Positions 1-15,477 of a stretch of 64,000 nt of DNA are shown in pieces; within the stretch, counting starts at the first letter, position 1; each line of letters begins with the position of its first letter. The translations under genes were made by a program, and so were the position numbers. The notes below the pieces were generated by a model that made no database searches, had not been told where the DNA came from, and saw only the letters and a list, made by a program, of their open reading frames with translations. This DNA comes from Eledone cirrhosa (Eukaryota): positions 21,328,001-21,392,000 of the forward strand of contig OZ024748.1 of the NCBI GenBank assembly GCA_964016885.1, given 5' to 3'.

Positions 1-240
1 GTTAAGCCCGGCGTGATTTGAACTCAGAATAGTAATAATAAGTATGAATGAGGTGTCGAGGCTCACCAGACTTCTGTTTGCTTAATGACAGAAGCTTGAT
101 GAGCTTTTGATTCCAGAGTGGGTCCCATCGATAGAGATCGAACCTTGATCTGATCAATTGCGAAACGAGCGTCGCACCTGAATAAACTGAATCATAATTT
201 GACACCTCGTCCACTCTTATTATTACTATATATATATATA

Positions 241-1050
241 TATTAAGTGTAAGGAATTCTTTTACAATGGAATTAGCTCGAAAGGAAATATTCCTGAGCC
301 GTGTATAAAAGTAATATATATGAGTAATATATATGATGAAACAGATACCAACATATCTGTATTTATATTGCAAAAGAAAGTTAGCCAGACTGAAGAATAT
401 TAATTATTTTACCACAGTTCGTCCACATCGATTTAAAATAATAATAATAATAATAATAATAAATCGACAAAAACTAGCTGTGCCGCCAAATGGCTATGAT
501 GTTTATACATATTTAAATTTCAAAGTCAAACCTGTTCAGTAGATAAGTTTAAACCTCAAAATCCAAACATGTTTCGAGATGGATACGTGTATAAGTGTAG
601 GAATATCTTGCCACTGCTCTCCTCAGTAAACATCCAGAGACAATTGATAAGCTTCACTTCTAAATAATTTAAAATAATTTAAAAGACTGTGTGACGCACA
701 TGGGTTCACAGATTCAGGCTAGTCTCATAACCGTACTGCTAGAAATAACAGTCGTATATATGAGGCGAATTTTAGCTCGACGAAGAGCCGTTATATTAAG
801 TGTAAGGAATTCTTTTACAATGGAATTAGCTCGAAAGGAAATATTCCTGAGCCGTGTATAAAAGTAATATATATGAGTAATATATATGATGAAACAGATA
901 CCAACATATCTGTATTTATATTGCAAAAGAAAGTTAGCCAGACTGAAGAATATTAATTATTTTACCACAGTTCGTCCACATCGATTTAAAATAATAATAA
1001 TAATAATAATAATAAATCGACAAAAACTAGCTGTGCCGCCAAATGGCTAT
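241..1050. repeat. Direct repeat of about 255 bp (241-497 and 794-1050; period 553 bp) bounded by (TA)n; PLE pLTR/retrozyme-like
   Basis: Identical ORF starts at 333 and 886; a diverged relative lies at about 22415-22530. Confidence 0.8.
561..631 (-). ncRNA. Candidate hammerhead with long stem-II loop
   Basis: GTTTA-CTGAGGA-GAG..(about 38 nt)..CTC-GAAA-CATG-TT-TGGAT; stem I relies on G-U pairs. Confidence 0.4.
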
Positions 1051-1549
1051 ATATATATATACATACGTACATACATATATATATATGTGTGTGTGTGTTA
1101 TATATATATATACGCACACACACATACATATTGTAATATCTTATATTATATTACATTATAATATAATATATTATATTATATTATATTATGTTACACTACG
1201 AAGTGGTATCTGATCGTCTGCTTCTTGGCATAACTGTATAAACTCGTTAACATTTCGATGGCAGACAGTTATCGCCAGCTTCATAAACTTATCGAAATCG
1301 GATTACTGACCATTCACTGCCGTTCGACGAGTTGACTAACTTAACTAAGTTTTAGCAACGACACTTTAGTTCAACGTACATACGTAAGCATATCTTGTCC
1401 CTATCCTTCGTCTCTTATTCAACGCTTTTATTATTTATATATGATCAATAATAATCATTGTGAATGACAGGCCGACGATATAGTTCTTCAACAGACAGTA
1501 CAATGTCTTATTGTATGTAGTTTGAAGCTAAATAAATGTCTAGAGATGT

Positions 1550-1647
1550 GTGATGTGTGATGTGTGTGTCTGTGGATGCATCTGTCTCTGTCAGTTTGTG
1601 TGTCTGTGGCCGTGTTTGTGTGTGTATGTGTGTCAGAGAGAGGGAGA

Positions 1648-1701
<54 letters not shown>

Positions 1702-1822
1702 TTTGTGTCTGTATGTGTGTATGTGTGTGTGGATGTGTCTGTCTGTTTGTGTGTCTCTGTGTGTGTTTATAAGTGCGTCTGCGTGTGAGAGAGTTTGTGT
1801 CTGTGTGTGTGTGTCTGTGACA

Positions 1823-1912
<90 letters not shown>

Positions 1913-2049
1913 GTCTGTATGTGTGTATGTGTGTGTGGATGTGTCTGTCTGTTTGTGTGTCTCTGTGTGTGTTTATAAGTGCGTCTGTGTGTGAGAGAGA
2001 GAGTTTGTGTCTGTATTTGTGAATGTGCGTGTGTGTCTGTGACAGTGTT

Positions 2050-2083
<34 letters not shown>

Positions 2084-2331
2084 TGTGTGTCTGTATGTGT
2101 GTATGAGTGTGTGGATATATCTGTCTGCTCGTATGTCTGTGAGAGGGAGTTTGTGGATGTTTGTATATATAAGCGTATGTGTGTACGTATGAATTTGTGT
2201 GTGTGAGAAAGAGAGTTTGTGTGTGTGTATATGTGATTGTGTGTTTGTGGGTATTTGTGTGTGTGTGAGAGAGAGTGTGTGTATGTGTTTGTGTATGTCT
2301 GTATGTGTGATTGGGTGTTTGTGTGTAGGTA

Positions 2332-2429
<98 letters not shown>

Positions 2430-2640
2430 AGAGTACGAGTGATTATCTGAACGTATGTTTTCGAACTGTGTATGTAAATGCAAATTTACACCTATGTGTG
2501 CACGTGTCTGTGTATGCATGTGTGAACGTGTGTGGATGTGTCAGTGTGTGTATGTGTCTGTGTGTATGTGTCACCGTGTGTAAATATCAACGTGTGTATG
2601 TGTGAAAGAGTGTATATATATATATCAATGTGTGAAAGTG
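1550..2640. repeat. Compound (GT)n/(GA)n microsatellite with internal duplication
   Basis: Direct reading. Confidence 0.9.
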
Positions 2641-2694
2641 TGGACGTTTGTGTTTGATGATAATGTCTGACAAGCACATATGTTTAATGAAATA

Positions 2695-2787
2695 TATACG
2701 AAGTTATACGAAGTTATACGAAGTTATACGAAGTTATACGAAGTTATACGAAGTTATACGAAGTTATACGAAGTTATACGAAATTAT
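2695..2787. repeat. 10-bp tandem repeat (TATACGAAGT) x about 9
   Basis: Direct reading. Confidence 0.95.
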
Positions 2788-2979
2788 TTAGTTATGTATG
2801 TGAAAACAATAGACAGACAGAATGACAAACAGACAGACAAACTGACTGACAGACAGGCAGACAGGTTGGAAGGTAAGTAGGTCGGAAGATAGGAAGAATG
2901 AGAGGCTGCGTATATGTGAGTGTAATATAAGTGCATATTCATGTATGTGTTGGTATGAAAACGTATGCATATCTGTATG

Positions 2980-3020
<41 letters not shown>

Positions 3021-3656
3021 CATGTGTGTGTGTGTATACATACATACATACATACATACATACATACATACATACATACATACATACATACATACATACA
3101 TACATACATACATACATACATACATACATACATGCATACATACATGCACTAAGATAAAGACATCCCTGAATGGCATAAATTCGTCACTTGCAGCGCTAGT
3201 TTCCATAGAGACATAGCGCTCTCTAGTGAAGTAAGTCAATATAAGAACACAACTAATCCGATGTCAGATGCAGACAGTAAAGTTCTTTTGTAATTGACAC
3301 AAACAATTTAATTCATTAGAGAAACACATTGAATAATGTACTTCTTAATAAGACGGGATGTTTATGGCTAGCGGCCTTCGTTCTCGGCAGACAAATTCTG
3401 TTTGTAAATTATCAAGGTATAGGCAAAGAACATTAGTAAAGTATATTGTCAACTAAAGGAGCTTTATCACTAATTTTAGCAAATCTATATCTATGCATGT
3501 TCTCACATTTAAACTACAGAGTGAATTATACCCAGTGGATGTTGCGAAATCTATTCTTTCGCTTTGGTTTATTATTGATGAACATATAAAAGTATGCGAC
3601 AACAACAAAAGTTAGGTAAGCATATATAGAAAATTAGAGAGTTAAAATGCTATATA

Positions 3657-3805
3657 ATTATTTCTACTTTTGGCACAAGGCCAATAATTATCCCAGTGCA
3701 TTACTGGTACTTTATTTTATCGACCCCGTAAGGATGAAAGGCAAAGTTAACCTCGGCGGGATTTGAACTCAGATCGTAAAGGCTCGTAACTCCATGCTGC
3801 AAAGC
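3657..3805 (-). mobile_element. tRNA-derived SINE family 1, partial
   Basis: TTTATCGACCCCGTAAGGATGAAAGGCAAAG..CGGGATTTGAACTC (B box on minus strand); same family as 29601, 32570, 61500. Confidence 0.8.
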
Positions 3806-3836
3806 AATAGATGGTTTGTTTCCCATGTTATATTAA

Positions 3837-4054
3837 CCCTTTAGCATTTAAACCGGCCGTATCCGGCCAAAATTCTCTCACCTCTTTCTGTTTAAACCGG
3901 CTATAAGTGGCTGCTCATACTGATGTTAAGTTATTGTTCTCAAAATAAATATCAAAATCTCATAGATTCGATATTATGTGAAATAATAATGTGGGGTAAA
4001 GCCTTTACCGTGAAAATATAATAGTATATATAGAGTAATGTAGATACTGAAGGG
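3837..4054. mobile_element. TTAA-flanked MITE (piggyBac-like CCCT..AGGG ends)
   Basis: TTAA|CCCTTTAGCATTTA ... TAGATACTGAAGGG|TTAA; similar ends at about 34447-34822 and 56331-56703. Confidence 0.65.
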
Positions 4055-4819
4055 TTAATGCATAAAAACGGTCTCCATACCATTTGAGGGTACTCTGCTT
4101 GTATTTTAGTGCACGCAAAGGAAAGTAACTGTGAGTAAGTCGTGGTTGTAGTGTTGGTGGCGGCGGTTCTGCTATTGATGTATCTCTGTTACCATGACTA
4201 TTTCCATGCCTCCTACTTAAATCATTTGACTAATTATTTAAATCTCTGTACCGACGTAATAGGTGATGTCAGTGAGGGTCCTTGGTCATTATCCAGCGTC
4301 TTAGCTTCGCTATCGTGCACAACATGGTTGCAAGTGTGCTGACTTGTTCCTAAACTAATTAGGGGAAAACTCCAGCTCTCCTTCTTGTGGCGTGGGATTT
4401 GGTGTGTTTTCACACTTTTTCTCATTTTTTTTTTATATAAATTGTGTTTGATTTGTAAGCATAATTATGTGAAATTAAGGTTATCTGTTATCCAGATTTT
4501 CTCTGGACACATAATATAAGAAACATGGGAAACAAATACGTCTAATGTTTCCAAATACATCCATCCCCACAAACCACTCTTTCTTTCTGTACCAATGTGG
4601 TTTGAGGTATTTTAATTATTTCCCTACCTTTATGCTGTTGCATAAACCAGCTTCTGGTTTGGTCTATTTTTAATTACATTACACTTTTTTTCATGTCACG
4701 GCATCGGAAAATTTCTTCAGAGACTCATTGTCCGCAATGGAGAAGGAGCGAAACTTTGAAACAATACGTCAGTAATAATTATCTCCATCACCAGAGACAA
4801 ACGGTGTAGCCAAAGAGAG

Positions 4820-4945
<126 letters not shown>

Positions 4946-5178
4946 TATTATAGTAATTTACGTTGAGGTGACATCATTTCGAATTTCCAATATTCTCAAT
5001 GCTTCTTAAGGCAACTGGGCGTATGAGTGTACGTATATATATATATATAAGCAGAAGGGATATTTAATTTGTTGCAAATTCAACAAATATAAATGTTTAT
5101 TCAGAGCACTCGACAGATTTCTGGAGTAAATATTCAATGATATTAAATAAATGGAAACTATATTTATAAAACCATATT

Positions 5179-5240
5179 TATTCTATTATATATATTTCAA
5201 GGGTACCAAAAACTTTGATACGCTTTCATCAGATAAAATA
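5179..5240 (-). ncRNA. Type-I hammerhead ribozyme, family A (left arm of fold-back)
   Basis: Near-exact reverse complement of 5360-5421; core CTGATGA...GAAA intact. Confidence 0.78.
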
Positions 5241-5359
5241 CAAAGTGTGTTTGATAAATTTTGACATAGCCAAGGAACATACCTTATCAGTTGAATAAGG
5301 AAAATTCAACTGATAAGGTATGTTCCTTGGCTATGTCAAAATTTATAAAACACTCTTTG

Positions 5360-5421
5360 TATTTTATCTGATGAAAGCGTACCAAAGTTTTTGGTACTCT
5401 TGAAATATATATAATAGAATA
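5360..5421 (+). ncRNA. Type-I hammerhead ribozyme, family A (right arm of fold-back)
   Basis: TATTTTAT-CTGATGA-AAGCGTACCA..TGGTACTCTT-GAAA-TATATA-TA-ATAGAATA: 8-bp stem I, about 10-bp stem II, palindromic stem III. Confidence 0.8.
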
Positions 5422-5461
5422 AATATGGTTTTATAAATATAGTTTCCATTTATTTAATATC

Positions 5462-5574
<113 letters not shown>

Positions 5575-6227
5575 ATAGACATATGTAGATATTCATACAT
5601 GCATATATACGCAGTTACATATAACATATATGCGTTTGCGTGTGTGAATGTGTGAGCGTGTATGTTTAAATACATTCATACACATGTATGTATGATAATA
5701 TCTATTTATCTGTGCATGTGTGTGTGTATGTCTGTGCGCCCGCCTTTGTGTGTGTGTGTATGTGTGTATCAATGTGTGTGTGTGTCCTCCTTTGTATGTG
5801 TAAGTGTGTATAGATGTCTGTGTGCCCGCCTTTGTATGTGTGTATGTGTGTACCAATGTGTGTGTGTATGTCCTCCTTTGTATGTGTAAGCGTGTATAGA
5901 TGTCTGTGTGCCCGCCTTTGTATATATGTTTGTGTGTATCAATGTGTGTGTGCCCACCCTTGTGTGTATGCGTGTATCAATTTATGTGTTTCGCCCATAT
6001 ATGTATGTATGCGTATAACAATGTGTGTGTGTCCTCCCATGTATGTATGTATGCGTATAACAATGTGTGTGTGCCCGCCCATGTATGTATGTATGCGTAT
6101 AACAATGTGTGTGTGCCCGCCCATGTATGTATGTATGCGTATAACAATGTCTGTGAACGTGGTCGTGGATGTGTGTGTGTACATGTATGTGTTTGTGTAC
6201 ATGTATGTGTTTGTGTACATGTATGTG

Positions 6228-8755
6228 TGTGAACGCGTCCATGTATGTATAGGTGTGTGTGTACATGTATGTGTGTGAACGTGTCCATGTATGTATAGGT
6301 GTGTGTGTACATGTATGTGTGTAAACGCGTCCATGTATGTATAGGTGTGTGTGTACATGTATGTGTGTGAACGTGTCCATGTATGTATAGGTATGTGTAC
6401 ATGTATGTGTGTGAACGCGTCCATGTATGTATAGGTGTGTGTGTACATGTATGTGTGTGAACGTGTCCATGTATGTATAGGTGTGTGTGTACATGTATGT
6501 GTGTGAACGTGTCCATGTATGTATAGGTGTGTGTGTACATGTATGTGTGTGAACGTGTCCATGTATGTATAGGTGTGTGTGTACATGTATGTGTGTGAAC
6601 GTGTCCATGTATATATAGGTGTGTGTACATGTATGTGTGTGAACGTGTCCATGTATATATAGGTGTGTGTGTACATGTATGTGTGTGAACGTGTCCATGT
6701 ATGTATAGGTGTGTGTACATGTATGTGTGTAAACGTGTCCATGTATGTATAGGTGTGTGTGTACATGTATGTGTGTGAACGCGTCCATGTATGTATAGGT
6801 GTGTGTGTACATGTATGTGTGTGAACGTGTCCATGTATGTATAGGTGTGTGTGTACATGTATGTGTGTGAACGTGTCCATGTATATATAGGTGTGTGTGT
6901 ACATGTATGTGTGTGAACGTGTCCATGTATGTATAGGTGTGTGTACATGTATGTGTGTGAACGTGTCCATGTATGTATAGGTGTGTGTACATGTATGTGT
7001 GTGAACGTGTCCATGTATGTATAGGTGTGTGTACATGTATGTGTGTGAACGCGTCCATGTATGTATAGGTGTGTGTGTACATGTATGTGTGTGAACGTGT
7101 CCATGTATGTATAGGTATGTGTACATGTATGTGTGTAAACGTGTCCATGTATGTATAGGTGTGTGTGTACATGTATGTGTGTGAACGCGTCCATGTATGT
7201 ATAGGTGTGTGTGTACATGTATGTGTGTGAACGTGTCCATGTATGTATAGGTGTGTGTACATGTATGTGTGTAAACGTGTCCATGTATGTATAGGTGTGT
7301 GTGTACATGTATGTGTGTGAACGTGTCCATGTATGTATAGGTGTGTGTACATGTATGTGTGTGAACGTGTCCATGTATGTATAGGTGTGTGTACATGTAT
7401 GTGTGTGAACGTGTCCATGTATGTATAGGTGTGTGTGCATGTATGTGTGTGAACGTGTCCATGTATGTATAGGTGTGTGTACATGTATGTGTGTGAACGT
7501 GTCCATGTATGTATAGGTGTGTGTGTACATGTATGTGTGTGAACGTGTCCATGTATGTATAGGTGTGTGTGTACATGTATGTGTGTGAACGTGTCCATGT
7601 ATGTATAGGTGTGTGTGTACATGTATGTGTGTGAACGTGTCCATGTATGTATAGGTGTGTGTGTACATGTATGTGTGTGAACGTGTCCATGTATGTATAG
7701 GTGTGTGTGTACATGTATGTGTGTGAACGTGTCCATGTATGTATAGGTGTGTGTGTACATGTATGTGTGTGAACGTGTCCATGTATGTATAGGTGTGTGT
7801 ACATGTATGTGTGTGAACGTGTCCATGTATGTATAGGTGTGTGTGTACATGTATGTGTGTGAACGTGTCCATGTATGTATAGGTGTGTGTGTACATGTAT
7901 GTGTGTGAACGTGTCCATGTATGTATAGGTGTGTGTGTACATGTATGTGTGTGAACGTGTCCATGTATGTATAGGTGTGTGTGTACATGTATGTGTGTGA
8001 ACGTGTCCATGTATGTATAGGTGTGTGTACATGTATGTGTGTGAACGTGTCCATGTATGTATAGGTGTGTGTACATGTATGTGTGTGAACGTGTCCATGT
8101 ATGTATAGGTGTGTGTGTACATGTATGTGTGTGAACGTGTCCATGTATGTATAGGTGTGTGTGTACATGTATGTGTGTGAACGTGCCCATGTATGTATAG
8201 GTGTGTGTACATGTATGTGTGTGAACGTGCCCATGTATGTATAGGTGTGTGTGTACATGTATGTGTGTGAACGTGTCCATGTATGTATAGGTGTGTGTGT
8301 ACATGTATGTGTGTGAACGTGTCCATGTATGTATAGGTGTGTGTACATGTATGTGTGTGAACGTGTCCATGTATGTATAGGTGTGTGTGTACATGTATGT
8401 GTGTGAACGTGTCCATGTATGTATAGGTGTGTGTACATGTATGTGTGTGAACGTGTCCATGTATGTATAGGTGTGTGTGTACATGTATGTGTGTGAACGT
8501 GTCCATGTATGTATAGGTGTGTGTGTACATGTATGTGTGTGAACGTGTCCATGTATGTATAGGTGTGTGTGTACATGTATGTGTGTGAACGTGTCCATGT
8601 ATGTATAGGTGTGTGTGTACATGTATGTGTGTGAACGTGTCCATGTATGTATAGGTGTGTGTGTACATGTATGTGTGTGAACGTGTCCATGTATGTATAG
8701 GTGTGTGTGTACATGTATGTGTGTGAACGTGTCCATGTATGTATAGGTGTGTGTA
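6228..8755. repeat. Minisatellite, 44/46-bp unit, about 55 copies
   Basis: Unit GTGAACGTGTCCATGTATGTATAGGTGTGTGT(GT)ACATGTATGTGT; explains the three 930-980 aa pseudo-ORFs. Confidence 0.95.
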
Positions 8756-8759
8756 GATG

Positions 8760-11700
<2,941 letters not shown>

Positions 11701-11703
11701 GTT

Positions 11704-12383
11704 TTCTCTTTCTCTTAATTTTGAGTATATTTTTTTGACCGGCCACCTCCCTGGTGGCAAGGTTGTAAAAGAAAAGAAATTGTCATCCCTTGAATCGCAA
11801 GAATGTTTTGCAAATTTTGAAGGTGCCAGCTATCGCAGCCATTTGTAGACTATGAATTAGGGAGCTGCGCTTTTTGTCCGCAAATCCAAGTTCAGTCATA
11901 CTTTGGTCCAAGCGGGTTGGTATATAACCCGTAGCACCAATAATGATGGGTATGAAGCTAAAGGTGTATCTTGGATACTGGATTTGTAAACTCCTCATCA
12001 ATGGTCCGTAGATGTCCTCCTTCTCCTGTATTTTTCTGACAACGTTTACATCAAGTGGGCAGCTGATCTCCACAACAGAACACGTTTTCAATGTGTGGTC
12101 CCAAACTACAATATCAGGCCGGTTGTGCTTTAATTTGGTGGCAGTTTTTATTTTCAGGTTCCACCAGTATTCCTTAGTGCCATCTGTCTCAATATATTCT
12201 TCCTCGTTTGTTGTTAATTTTGTTTTCCGAGGTGCGTTCCAGATGGTTCTAGCTATCCCATCGTGTCTCATGGGGAGGTAGTAGCGAGATGACATTCTTT
12301 CGCAGCTGGCAACAATGTGGCTTACATCCTCGATCTTTGTTTTACATAGCCTACATTTATTGTCAGCTGCTGGCCCTCCTCTT
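11704..12383 (-). mobile_element. 5'-truncated R4/Dong-like non-LTR retrotransposon (CCHC knuckle plus restriction-like endonuclease)
   Basis: Frame extends upstream of the track ORF: CRLCKTKIEDVSHIVASC (C-x2-C-x8-H-x4-C), then RHD..NRPDIVVWD..VVEISCP..EKEDIY..IPIIIGATG; stop at 11783; (ATGT)n on both sides. Confidence 0.88.
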
Positions 12384-12589
12384 ATGTATGTATGTATGTA
12401 TGTATGTATGTATGTATGTATGTATCTATGTATCTATCTATCTATCTATATACATGTATGCATGTGTGTGTATCCAATATAATTGCGCTTTACTGAAATA
12501 TCTCTGATGTAACTCATTTACCAAACTGGGAGAGAGTTACAATCCTGATGGAACATCATCAGCATCAACAACAACAATATTGCTATAGC

Positions 12590-13200
12590 CACCACCATCA
12601 CCATCTCACCCCTGCTACCACCATAGCCACCACTACCAACACCACCATCACCACCATCACCAACATCGCTATTACCACTATCACAACCCCCTACCACCAC
12701 CACCACTACCACCACCACTACTACCACCACCACCACCACAACACCACCACCACAACAACACCACCACCACCACTACCACCACCACAGCACCACCACCACA
12801 CCACCACCACAACACCACCACCACCACCATCACCACCACCACTACCACCACCACACCACCACTACCACCACTACCACTACCACCACCACAACACCACCAC
12901 CACCACTACCACCACCACAACACCACCACCACTACCACACCATCACCACAGCACCACCACCACCGCCATCACCACCACCACTACCACCACACCACCACCA
13001 CCACCACAACAACAACAACAACACCATAACACCACCACCACCACCACTACCACCACCACTGCACCACCACCACCACACCACCACAACACCACCACCACCA
13101 CCATCACCACCACCACTTCCACCAGCACCACAACACCACCACCACCACCACCACCACCACCACCACCACAACACAACCACCACAACTCACCACCACCATT
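12590..13200. repeat. Degenerate (ACC)n trinucleotide tract
   Basis: Direct reading. Confidence 0.9.
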
Positions 13201-13483
13201 TACAACCTCTCATAGTTTCATCTGAAATAAGAGGCTATTAAAATATTTTATTTTATTGAACATACACATACACACATACAAACACTGATACCAACACATA
13301 CACATGTACTCATACACACATACAAACACTGACGTACACACACATTCAAACACTGACGTACATACACAAACATATGCACTCATACCCACATACAAACACT
13401 GATACACACACACACACACACACACATACACATACACTCATACCACACATACACACGTAGATACACACATAATCACGCATATA

Positions 13484-14267
13484 CTAGCAGTGGTACCCAG
13501 CGTTTCACGGGATAAGGTGTTATGGAACGCTGGCCGCCAACAAACCTAATCGTGGAAAAACTGCATGCGTGGACAATATGTAAAGAAAATAAACTGAATA
13601 CTCTGATGGCTGGATAATCTTTAAGATTTTCCTCAATGAAGCAGGAAAAATGCAGGTTTTCACCTAATGCGGGTCCTAGGCCATAAAAAAAGTTGGATTT
13701 TCTTTGCTCACGGATTGAAGAAGAGACTGACTAATACATAGTTACAATTTCAAGGAAATCAGTCTGTCGTAACGACTCAAAAAACTCCTAAATACCTGAA
13801 AAAACGCAGTTTTTCAACTAATGTGGGGCCTAGGGGTTCAAAAAGTTGCATAACACTCCCTGAAACATAAGTAATACACATGTAAAGTTTGAAAAATGTC
13901 GGTTGGGTACTTCTCGAGATTTAGGGATTCAAACTCACAGACACACACAGACACACACACACACACAGACATCCTCAGGGAAGTGACGTAATGGAGACAG
14001 TCAGACATACAGGCAGATATTATAAGGGCGCGACGTTATATGTATCTATCTAAAAAGAGAAAGACTAAGAATTAGAGAGAGAGATCACTAAATTGCCTAA
14101 TGCGGTCCCTAGAGCATTGAAAATTTGAAATTTTTGCTCAGAACACTCCCTGAAACATAAGTATTACATGTGTAAAGTTTGAAAACAGTCGGTTGGGTGT
14201 TTCTCGAGTTTTAGGGATTCAAACTCACACACACACAGACAGACATCCTCAGTTTTATATATATAGA
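13484..14267 (-). mobile_element. Non-autonomous Helitron-like element 1
   Basis: Minus strand starts TCTATATATATAAAAC, has a (GTCT)/(GT) subterminal microsatellite, ends with a weak hairpin plus CTAG|T; internal duplication about 13852-13978 / 14142-14252. Confidence 0.65.
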
Positions 14268-15270
14268 CTAGCAGAAAACCACCCGGTCGGCGGTTTTCTG
14301 CTAGCAAATTTAGTGTATATACTGATATTGTTGAGATTTGGATGAGAAATGTTTTCGGCACCACATGTTCACCGTCTCTCGGTGTGTTTTTTATGCATGT
14401 ATAAATATATATGTTATCTATACGGTGAAATCTTTGAAATAAATATATTTTAAAACGAAAAAGGAGAAAATAAATAACTGGCGGTTAGAAAAAAATATTC
14501 CTATGAAATTTTAATCATACCATTAGGTGTGAATAAGGAAATATTTTTTTATTGTCAAAACAAATGTTCAAAAGTTAAACCTCAATTTTTTGAATTATTT
14601 CCAATTTTTTCATGGACATTGGACATTGGCTGCTGGAAATGGAAATTAAATCGTATTTAATTGTATTTAAATTTCTAACCTTATTTTATTATTTATATTT
14701 TTTCAATAAGAAATAAAAAAAAACAACAAAAAAAAATGAAGAAAAAAAATTGAACAAATCAAACGTAGGTTATGGAACTGCGCAATCTGATTAATAAATT
14801 ACCTCATCAGCAGCAACCTTCTTCAAATGGTCCTTATTATCAGCAGCAACAACCACAAATTCAATGGCAACCTTCTTCAAATGGTTCTTATTATCAGCAG
14901 CAACAACCACAAATTCAATGGCAACCTTCTTCAAATGGTCCTTATTATCAGCAGCAACAACCACAAATTCAATGGCAACCTTCTTCGCATGGTGTCAAGT
15001 CAGAACCGCCTCGAACTGGTTACTTCTGGCTTGTGCAAGGTGTCTCTATAGCAACCAGCGATTCCCTCGGCCTCAGTGACCAAAGTCATTGGAGAGGGGA
15101 AGGTAATATTTCTGTAGCACGTGTTTTAGCGTCTATTCACTCTCTCTCTTCCTCTCTCCCTCCCGCTATCCCCCTCTCGTAGTCTGTCTCTTTCTTTCAC
15201 TCTCACTCTCTCTCTACGCACGTGTTTCCACAGACAGACAGAGAAATTGCTGGTTATATATATAAGTAGA
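14268..15270 (-). mobile_element. Non-autonomous Helitron-like element 2, head-to-tail with element 1
   Basis: A|TCTACTTATATATA start on minus strand, (GTCT) tract, 3' hairpin CTAGCAGAAAACC..GGTTTTCTGCTAG ending in CTAG. Confidence 0.65.
14806..14993 (+). repeat. 54-bp tandem repeat x about 3.4 (reads QQQQPQIQWQPSSNGPYY)
   Basis: Direct reading; in frame within ORF 14772-15182. Confidence 0.85.
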
Positions 15271-15331
15271 TATTACGTATATAGATATTACGTTGCTCCT
15301 CACATTTATGCCTTTCTGGACACACACCCTA

Positions 15332-15431
<100 letters not shown>

Positions 15432-15477
15432 TATTTATCTCTCTCACACATACACACATTGAACATGGGACAAAGAA

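Noticed and set aside
1246-1288. Hammerhead-like remnants here and at about 95-175, 31331-31371, 50015-50047 and 28455-28487
   Set aside because: Core or stems too degenerate to call, although GAAA plus a palindromic stem III is visible in some
12548-13225. Thr/Pro/His-rich mucin- or extensin-like ORF
   Set aside because: Translation of an (ACC)n tract with no exon evidence
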